From Promethearchaeota archaeon (GTDB lineage: Archaea > Asgardarchaeota > Lokiarchaeia > Sigyniarchaeales > SOKP01), in assembly GCA_048941285.1 (NCBI GenBank), contig JBHLNS010000070.1, positions 1 through 13,542 of the forward strand: a DNA stretch of 13,542 nucleotides, read 5' to 3'. The notes below the pieces were generated by a model. The model saw nothing but the letters and a program-made list of their open reading frames with translations, ran no database searches and was not told where the DNA came from. The translations under genes and the position numbers were made by a program. Positions within the stretch are counted from its first letter, which is position 1. Each line of letters opens with the position of its first letter. Below are positions 1-7,400 of this stretch, one piece after another.

Positions 1-147
1 AAAATTTGGGGAAACCCACTTTATTTTAATACAATAATAGATACTCTAAATGCATGTATTAAGGTCTCACAAAGTCTACTAACAATAAGTTTAATTGCCC
101 CAACATTATTATCTTTGATTTTATTAATATTTTTATACAACCTATAA
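1..147 (+). CDS. 3' end of a probable membrane protein (partial, runs off the left edge)
   Basis: Frame 1 is open from base 1 to TAA at 145-147: KIWGNPLYFNTIIDTLNACIKVSQSLLTISLIAPTLLSLILLIFLYNL*. The C-terminal segment is hydrophobic. It is absent from the ORF track, and its start probably lies outside the window. Confidence 0.6.
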   Translation, partial: KIWGNPLYFNTIIDTLNACIKVSQSLLTISLIAPTLLSLILLIFLYNL

Positions 148-211
148 GTTCAACGGCAATAATTTATCTTAAAAAATTAAAAATTTATTTAAGCAAATCT
201 CTTAATTTTTA

Positions 212-219
212 TTTATATA
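212..219 (+). promoter_or_regulatory. candidate archaeal TATA box for the 7-TM gene
   Basis: TTTATATA lies 21-28 nt upstream of the ATG at 240, the spacing expected for a leaderless archaeal transcript. An alternative box, AAAAA-TTTATTTA, is at about 179-191. The AT-rich background limits certainty. Confidence 0.35.
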
Positions 220-235
220 AAAAAAAAAAAAAAAA
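219..235 (+). repeat. A17 homopolymer tract just upstream of a start codon
   Basis: 17 consecutive A at 219-235, then GCTT and the ATG at 240. Confidence 0.9.
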
Positions 236-239
236 GCTT

Positions 240-965
240 ATGTCATTAAGTCCTATAGATACTGTTAATGGAATATTTTCTATTATTTTTGTAGCGATAT
301 CTTTATTAGTTGGTTTTATAATACTCTCGAGATTTTTTAAGTATAAAGAGAGGATTTATTTATTAGTTGGAGCAACTTGGATTTTTATATCCGAACCTTG
401 GTGGCCCTCCAGTATTTCTTTTTTAGTAGCATTAAATAATGGAGTAGGTATCACTTCAGAAGTTTATTTTTTAATTGGAAATATTTTTGTGCCTCTTGCT
501 ATTATTCTGTGGTTATTCGCTTTTACAGAATTCATGTACACTGAAAAGCGTAAATTGATTTTTTCAATCTTTGGAGTAATTGGAGTAGTATTTGAAGTTT
601 TATTTTTTGTTTTCTTATTCTTGAATCCAAGTTTGATAGGAGCATTGAATGGACCGGTGGACGTAAATTATAAATCTTTTATAATGATATTCTTAATAAT
701 ATTTCTGGCAATTGTTGTAATTACTGGCTTTTTATTTGCTAATCTTTCACTAAAATCTAAGGATCCAGAAGTAAAACTTAAGGGGAAACTCTTAATAGTC
801 GCGTATATCGCTTTTTCAGTCGGAGCATTATTGGACGCTTCAGTACCTTTTAATGAGCCTACAATAGTAATTATTAGACTCATTTTAATACTAAGCGCTA
901 TCTGCTGGTATGGTGGATTTATCCTCCCAAAATGGATGAAAAAATTTCTTCTGAAAAGTAGATAA
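240..965 (+). CDS. stand-alone 7-transmembrane protein of unknown function (sensor-like 7TM)
   Basis: 241 aa with about seven hydrophobic segments and basic loops (KYKER, EKRK, KSKDPEVKLKGK). It has an EPWWP motif after TM2 and a FILPKWMKK C-terminus. There is no soluble output domain and no retinal-binding Lys in TM7. Confidence 0.8.
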   Translation: MSLSPIDTVNGIFSIIFVAISLLVGFIILSRFFKYKERIYLLVGATWIFISEPWWPSSISFLVALNNGVGITSEVYFLIGNIFVPLAIILWLFAFTEFMYTEKRKLIFSIFGVIGVVFEVLFFVFLFLNPSLIGALNGPVDVNYKSFIMIFLIIFLAIVVITGFLFANLSLKSKDPEVKLKGKLLIVAYIAFSVGALLDASVPFNEPTIVIIRLILILSAICWYGGFILPKWMKKFLLKSR

Positions 966-979
966 TATTTACTTTAAAA

Positions 980-993
980 TTTTTTATTTTTTT
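980..993 (+). terminator. candidate archaeal oligo-T terminator of the 7-TM gene
   Basis: TTTTTTATTTTTTT starts 15 nt after the stop codon at 965. Confidence 0.45.
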
Positions 994-1171
994 AAAAAAA
1001 AGGTTTTCATTAAACCTTAGAATTATTTTTTAAATTAACTTATACTCATTTTGAACTCTAAAAAAGATTAACCATCATTGTCTTAAATTCTTATTGCCAT
1101 TTAGATTCGTAATATCTGGATATTTCGCAAATTCATATTCTTTTAAATCATGTATAGATTGATCAATTAAA

Positions 1172-1699
1172 ATGTTAAGTTCTGAAATAGAAAAGCTGGC
1201 GAAAGTAACGTTAATAGGATATCCCGCTACGGGGAAAACTACATTAGCGAAATTATTAGCGAAAAATGAAATAAGTCGATTATATTTCCCTACTCATGGC
1301 TTAGATTTAAAAACGATTAAAGTTGATGATTATATTTTGAGATTATGGGATTTAGGAGGTCAACAGAGTTATCTAAAAACATACTCTAGAGATTATCTTT
1401 TAGGCTCTGATATCATATTTGTCGTTACAGACTCAACACCAAGAAATGTATTAAATTCTAGAGAATTGATTAATTATGCATGCCATTTCGTGGGAAAAGA
1501 TTGCCCAATCATTGCAATCGCGAATAAGCAAGATTTAGTAAAAGCAGATGGTCGAATGGATTTTAAAAGAGTCGAGGATATACTCCATATCAAAACTTAT
1601 GGCTTAACCGCAATCAATCCTTCAGAACGTTTAAAATTAATGAATATTATTAAAAAAGAATTAGATAAAGTAGCAATAAGGAGGAGAATAAAAGAATGA
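1172..1699 (+). CDS. Ras-superfamily small GTPase, Arf/Arl-like
   Basis: All G motifs are present: G1 GYPATGKT, G2 FPTHG, G3 WDLGGQ, IFVVTDST, G4 NKQD, G5 LTA. The PTxG and DxGGQ signatures are Arf-like. There is no Gly2 myristoylation site and no C-terminal CaaX. Confidence 0.92.
   Translation: MLSSEIEKLAKVTLIGYPATGKTTLAKLLAKNEISRLYFPTHGLDLKTIKVDDYILRLWDLGGQQSYLKTYSRDYLLGSDIIFVVTDSTPRNVLNSRELINYACHFVGKDCPIIAIANKQDLVKADGRMDFKRVEDILHIKTYGLTAINPSERLKLMNIIKKELDKVAIRRRIKE
1680..1686 (+). promoter_or_regulatory. Shine-Dalgarno-like site for the 1696 gene, inside the GTPase 3' end
   Basis: GGAGGAG ends 9 nt before the ATG at 1696. The start overlaps the GTPase stop (ATGA at 1696-1699). Confidence 0.55.
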
Positions 1700-2253
1700 A
1701 TTTTACTGAAAATGAAATTTTCGGAGCTGCATTAATAGGTTTTGACATGATTGACGGTCCATTTCTTAAGTGGAAAAAAGAATACGAAAACAATAAAAAA
1801 GGCGTAAACTTAGATGATTTTGCGATGAATTTTTATTTAGCATTCCGTGGTGGAAATGAATCAGTTAAAAAACCAAGAGCGATACTATATGATAATTTTT
1901 ATATTGTAGCATTCCCTAGAGATTTAGAACTGTGTTGCTTGTTTATGAAACCAAAAGATCTTGAAAACAATATTATTCAATTAAACAAAATTGCTTCCAG
2001 AATAATATCCGAAATGGAGACTGTTGAGGATGATGATAGTAGTGCTCAAGATTCTGACGAGAATATAATTGAAGAAATCGAAAGAATAATTCCGAATTTA
2101 TTAAATGGCACAAAAATGACAACTCCGGAATTAAGGAGGTATTTTAAACTAAGTAATTCTGAAATCTGGAAAGTCATGTCAGATTTAGAAAATTCAAAGA
2201 AAATTATCCGGGCAGGGAAAAAAGGCAGGTCAATATTATGGACTGCTACATAA
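1696..2253 (+). CDS. two-domain protein: predicted uDENN/longin-like N-terminal domain, acidic linker, C-terminal winged helix-turn-helix
   Basis: The N-terminal AALIGFDMIDGPFLKW resembles the first beta-hairpin (F-x(4)-GP) of uDENN/longin domains. It is followed by a helix, three short strands (AILY, YIVAF, LCCLF) and a helix. The linker is EDDDSSAQDSDE. The C-terminal IERIIPNLLNGTKMTTPELRRYFKLSNSEIWKVMSDLENSKKIIRAGKKGRSILW fits a wHTH. Confidence 0.65.
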   Translation: MNFTENEIFGAALIGFDMIDGPFLKWKKEYENNKKGVNLDDFAMNFYLAFRGGNESVKKPRAILYDNFYIVAFPRDLELCCLFMKPKDLENNIIQLNKIASRIISEMETVEDDDSSAQDSDENIIEEIERIIPNLLNGTKMTTPELRRYFKLSNSEIWKVMSDLENSKKIIRAGKKGRSILWTAT

Positions 2254-2281
2254 CTTTTATCAAAATTACTTTCTTTAAATA

Positions 2282-3112
2282 CTATCTAACTCTATGATCC
2301 CACTTTCCAATATTTTTGGTATAGTATCTTGAGAACATAATATAACAAATATCGGGTAATTCTCTGTCTATATTATTTACTGTTATATATCTTAATATGT
2401 GGTTAATTAAGAAAATACCAATAAATTCGATATGATAGCTATCTATATTTTTCGAAAGATTCTCACCAGAAAATTTAATATCTAACCCAGTTTTGTCATT
2501 CCATATGACTTCAATGATTATTTCTGGAAAAATTTCTTTTTCAACATGCCAAGTGTTCTCTATTTTCCAAACTTTAGCGCCAAGAAAAGATGATAAATTA
2601 TTTTGATCTTGGATGTTAAGAAGGTTGAATGGTTCACTTCTTTGTTTCAAAACATTCTCCATTAATTCAGTCTTTGTTTTAAATTTTTTTTCAAATGGTT
2701 CAAGCCCCTTGATTTTTCTCTCTATGAAATCCATAATAATATCAATAAATGTGGCACTGTCTTCTCCAGGTACCCAACATACACGCATTCCTGAAAAATA
2801 AAATTTAAATTCAGCATCAATACCATCACCAAATTCATCTCCAAAATAACTAAATGCTAAATGAACATTTACCTCAGGAAACATCTCAATGGAGATTGTC
2901 CAATCTTCACCAAAGTCAATGTTTTCAATTTTTCCTCCCAACTCCTTGTAGACAATATCTTTCAAGATCTCTGGTTTTAAGTTAATAAAAAGAGGATATT
3001 TCATTTTACTAATATCTTCAAGTTCTTTCTCATGAGGACCTCGAACCCCTGTAGCATCAATTTGCCCAATGGTCCAGTATTTCCTTTTTGACATATTGAT
3101 GTTAATTGTCAC
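2282..3112 (-). CDS. hypothetical protein with an internal two-domain duplication, possibly DUF3786-like
   Basis: 276 aa. The GTG start overlaps the upstream TGA (GTGA at 3109-3112). The two halves share LG(G/A)K...W...E(M/I)FPE...FSG...RxI. The first half has GDEF and ED motifs that recall DUF3786. Confidence 0.7.
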   Translation of the reverse strand: MTININMSKRKYWTIGQIDATGVRGPHEKELEDISKMKYPLFINLKPEILKDIVYKELGGKIENIDFGEDWTISIEMFPEVNVHLAFSYFGDEFGDGIDAEFKFYFSGMRVCWVPGEDSATFIDIIMDFIERKIKGLEPFEKKFKTKTELMENVLKQRSEPFNLLNIQDQNNLSSFLGAKVWKIENTWHVEKEIFPEIIIEVIWNDKTGLDIKFSGENLSKNIDSYHIEFIGIFLINHILRYITVNNIDRELPDICYIMFSRYYTKNIGKWDHRVR

Positions 3113-4419
3113 TTTTTTTTGAATTTTGCTATAAAAAAGCCTTGAGTTTGATGAATTGAAGGGAACAACCTTCCTGTTCCAGGAATCGTTTTATTATTAA
3201 TCCTATAGCTTGGAGATATCCATTTCGGTAAATCTAAAGGTTCTAAAGAATCAATGAAATTTAAAATTTGAAGTTCTCCTTCCTCTGGATAGATACTACA
3301 AGTAGAATAAACGAAAATTCCATTAGGTTTAAGTAAATCTAAAGCACTCTTTATAAGTTTCCTTTGTAGGATAATATTTTGCCTTAAGAATTTTTTATTC
3401 TGTCTCAGTTTTAATTCAGGATTAGCCAATAAATTACCTGATCCGGTACAAGGCGCATCTAATAATATTTTATCAAAATAATTTTGAAAGCGAATAGGAA
3501 AAATAATGCTATCTGTATTAATAAGATTTACATTTGACACATTTAATTGTTTAAGTAATCTCTTCATCATTTTGATCCTTTCATGAAGAAAATCTCCGGC
3601 TATAATATGACCTTTATTATTCATAGATTGAGCTATTAAACTAGTCTTTATTCCGGGAGCGGCACACATGTCGCATATCTGATCTTCTTCTCTAGGAGAT
3701 AATGTTTTTATCACTGTTCCAGATGCTTTATCTTGGAATAGTAGGAATCCTTTTTGATAAAAATAATTGCTTAATACCTTAATTTTTTGACATAATGGAA
3801 TCCAAAACATTTCAGGAATATCACTATCTCTCCGATATTCTATTTGATCCTTAGATAATCCTTCTATTATTTGTTTGTAAAAGTCTTCAGTACTTGTTTT
3901 TCTATGGAGATTATTAACACGTATAGTAATTTCAATATCATCAACGTCTCTATTCATAAATTTAATATTTTCTTTAAGAAAATCCATCTTCATAATGGGG
4001 AGTAGATGCTTAATCATGAAACTAGGGATTGATTCGAGAATGCTGAGTTTTTCCACATCATCTTTCTTAATAAGTGCTTTTTTCCATGAGAAAGATTTGA
4101 GTTGATGCAAAAATTTTTTATCAAGATTTATTATCTCATTTATAATCTCTTTTTCAGTAGCAGATTCCCATAATATTCTATAAGTAACATATAAATATTT
4201 AGAAAATGTACGAGCTTTTAGAGAATCAGACCCTCTAAGTGTCTTTTTTACAACAAAATTAATTTTATTCCAAAATCGAATAATTTCATTATAATAATGA
4301 AGAACAGTGGGATTTTTACGTAAATCTACAGGTAGGGAACTAATTTCTTTTTTAACTAACCTTGAAATTAATTTAAAGATAATCTGTATATCCGAATCTT
4401 TAATCTCAAATTCCCTCAT
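3109..4419 (-). CDS. RsmB/NOL1/NOP2/NSUN-family RNA (cytosine-C5) methyltransferase
   Basis: Motifs seen: TIRVNNL, FQDKAS, SAM-binding DMCAAPGIKT, motif IV DKILLDAPCTGSG, motif VI YSTCS and GFFIAK. Both catalytic cysteines are present. The N-terminal helical region resembles a degenerate NusB-like domain. The substrate (rRNA or tRNA) cannot be assigned. Confidence 0.95.
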   Translation of the reverse strand: MREFEIKDSDIQIIFKLISRLVKKEISSLPVDLRKNPTVLHYYNEIIRFWNKINFVVKKTLRGSDSLKARTFSKYLYVTYRILWESATEKEIINEIINLDKKFLHQLKSFSWKKALIKKDDVEKLSILESIPSFMIKHLLPIMKMDFLKENIKFMNRDVDDIEITIRVNNLHRKTSTEDFYKQIIEGLSKDQIEYRRDSDIPEMFWIPLCQKIKVLSNYFYQKGFLLFQDKASGTVIKTLSPREEDQICDMCAAPGIKTSLIAQSMNNKGHIIAGDFLHERIKMMKRLLKQLNVSNVNLINTDSIIFPIRFQNYFDKILLDAPCTGSGNLLANPELKLRQNKKFLRQNIILQRKLIKSALDLLKPNGIFVYSTCSIYPEEGELQILNFIDSLEPLDLPKWISPSYRINNKTIPGTGRLFPSIHQTQGFFIAKFKKK

Positions 4420-4453
4420 TATAAAATGATTTGCATCCTAATTATGTAATTTT

Positions 4454-4462
4454 AAAAAAAAA
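4454..4462 (-). terminator. candidate T9 terminator after the 1107-aa gene
   Basis: A9 on the plus strand reads as T9 on the minus strand, starting 18 nt past the stop at 4480. Confidence 0.4.
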
Positions 4463-4479
4463 TAAGTTTATTTTAATAA

Positions 4480-7400
4480 TTAGTTTACATCTGCCGGTAT
4501 TATTATTCCTTTTCTTTTTAGTTCAATTATTGTACTTATTATTTCATCTCGACTTGCTTTTCTTCCTGCTAACGCAAAATTTAATAGGCTTGATATAAAG
4601 AAGAATTTCCGTTCCTTTTGAATCTGTTCAGCTACTTCAATAAGAGCTTTTTCTAATCCTTTTAGTTTGATAACACCATAATGTTTTCCTAGTTGAAGGG
4701 GATAGACCAATGTGATATTGAAATGTCTTTCAATTAGATCATCGGTTGTTATAAAAGGAGTTAATTCTCCAGAAAACTCTTTTAAAAATGTCCCATATCG
4801 CTTCTCAAAATCTTCCGTGAATGCCCATTGATTATCCTTCAGTTTTTCTGAAGATGAACCATCTAATATTAAAGCAACTCGAACATAATCACCATCAGCA
4901 ATAACTATTTTGAAGTCACCATAATCCATTTCAAATTCTTTTCCTTTCGTTGCTGTTGATCCTTTTTTAATCTCACTTCTAAATTGCGAAATTGCTTGTA
5001 AGAATCCAGAGATTAGGTCAGAATCAATATCTTCTAAAGATATTTGTTTATTGTATATTGATACGCCTACTTCTTTATGGATAATCATAATGTAAGATAT
5101 TTTTACTAAATCATCCAATATCATTGATTCACCAGCCCAAAATCGCTTTAACTTTGAGTGTCTTATAGTTCTTGCTGTTAAGGCTGCCGCGATTGCTAAC
5201 GCACCTATAATAATATAGGGTAGATATGTAAGAAAAGCATCCATAAATAATATAAAATCATCTACAACCCGAATATATCCTGAGGTTAATTCAGCACTAG
5301 TATAAAATCCTTCTTCAACAAATCTAGCTCGAATTGAAAATTTATTTCCAGTATTTTGAAATTGTAAAGTTGCAAAGGCAATGCCCTCGATACTTGATCT
5401 TGAAGTGGTTTCATATACCGGAATCCCATTAGCATTTAAAACTTCGAAAATTATATCAGAACTTTTTAGTGGTTTTCCCCCATAATCTGCTATTATTACG
5501 GAAAAAAATGAAGTCCCTTTCATATATTGTGAGGCTGGTGTTTCTACAAATTCTATTATAGGAATAATTTTAAAAATTTCATAAGTCCCATTCACATCAA
5601 ATCTTATTGAATGCCATAGTGAAGTCACATTAAATTCAAAAAACCCTTGAGAAAATTCAGCGTTATCTATTTCACCTTCCCAAACTCCACTTCTTATTCC
5701 AGTATCTAGTATATTTATACCAAAATTTTTTAGCATCAAATCGGAAGGGGTTAAGTCATTACTGTTTATTCCTAAACCAATTGATGATGAAATATCAGAA
5801 GTTATAACATTTTGTATATATAGATTTATGGTAAACTCATTAACGGATACAGTAAATCCATTATCAGCGGTAGAATTTGTATAATAAACTAATATCAATT
5901 TAGCTTCATTATTATTCGATTCATTTAAAACGTTTAAAAAAAGCCATGTGAATCCAGCATCAAATCTAAGTACTGTAGTGGTTTCATCTTTATCAGCAAA
6001 TTCATTTATTCTGCTCATTAAAATCCAATTTGCATCGTTCTGTGTATTATCGAGAATGTCGAATGTTTTATTTCCTTTAAAGAGTGCTAAAGCTGCTAAT
6101 TCTAAATTATCTGGTTTACTGACATTAGATGTAATTCTTATATCCATTTGAGGTACTAAAGGGTTAGGATATGATGCAATCCAGTCATAATAATCAATAT
6201 TCCATAATGAGCTATCGAAATCCTCAAGTACATTGAAACTAACAAAATAAGACAGGTTATCGGTTAAAGCTTGAGCATTAAAGTAATTATCATCATTGTA
6301 CTGGAATGCTTCAATTGATTGTTCTCCAAAAATTGAGGTGGTTCCATTAATAATCGCTACATCAGTAGGGAAATGCAGTTGCTGAATTAGTGGATCATGA
6401 CGTTGGATCGTATCTAGGCTTTCTAATTCACCCACTTCCACTTTAAATTGATTAATAGATAGATCAATATCACTGATGCTAAGATATTCGAGTTTGAAGG
6501 TAAGAGTATTATTTCCCCCAAAAGGAGATAATGGATTATTATCCATAAAATAAAGTAATTGTAATTTTTCATGAGGGGTTCTAACAGAATAGTATATTAA
6601 AGTTTCGTTTCCTTGTTTGATATCATATTCAAGCGGTACCCAGTTTGATTGAAACATTCCTGCCTTATAATTCCTTATATATAATTGAGACCAAAATACA
6701 TCAGCAATATTGGAGATGTTCAATACAAGATAGATATCAAAACTAAAAATGTATTTGTAATGATCATACAACCAATTAAGCTTATGGCTCTCTCTAAATA
6801 ACTGAAAAAAAGTAAAAGGGGAATTCTCTAATGGTTTTAAATTGAATGTAACATCAACAGTTATATTTTTAGTGTCAGATACCCTATATCGATCTTCATC
6901 AACAAATCTAAAAGATCCGAGATCTCCTTCCAAATAAGTACCATTTTTTATCTGTACATCTCTCACATTATTCACTGTGTAATCATCGAAATAAAAATCA
7001 GGTGAAATAGCAAAAGTAGAACCTTCGTCTACATTATCAGTTGATCCTGCATCAGGATTAAAATATAAGAATTTGGGACCTCCACCTAAATCTGTATCAT
7101 CTCGAGGAATTTTTACTCTAAAAGCAAACCAATATTTTATAATTCCACTGTTAACAGTAAAGTTTGTAGTTTTAATATCTAAGTATATTGGCCCTGATCC
7201 TGAATTTTTAAAATCAAATATTTCCCAATGAGTTGCGTAACTTATAGGATGGGGTTTTTTTATTAACCCTAAAGTAGTGCTTGGATTTGGTGTTCCATTG
7301 GTATCATTTAGACAATCTACTATCGCAATTTCCCATGAATTCTCATCTGTAAATGAGGTTGGGTTATTGATGTCTTGAATTAGGATACTAACATTGTTTA

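Noticed and set aside
21-140. 39-codon minus-strand ORF (TTG start, MYKNINKIKDNNVGAIK...)
   Set aside because: It is short and antisense to the open plus-strand frame 1-147, which looks more like a real protein C-terminus.
668-883. 71-aa minus-strand ORF
   Set aside because: Antisense shadow inside the 7-TM gene, with no motifs.
240-965. 7-TM protein as a microbial rhodopsin (helio- or schizorhodopsin)
   Set aside because: There is no Lys in TM7 (IRLILILSAIC) and no rhodopsin helix C motif.
1000-1018. Hairpin AAGGTTT-TCATT-AAACCTT
   Set aside because: A 7-bp AT-rich stem in low-complexity sequence, too weak to call an RNA element or operator.
2613-2801. 62-aa plus-strand ORF
   Set aside because: Antisense shadow within the 276-aa gene.
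5948-6151. 67-aa plus-strand ORF
   Set aside because: Antisense shadow within the 1107-aa gene.
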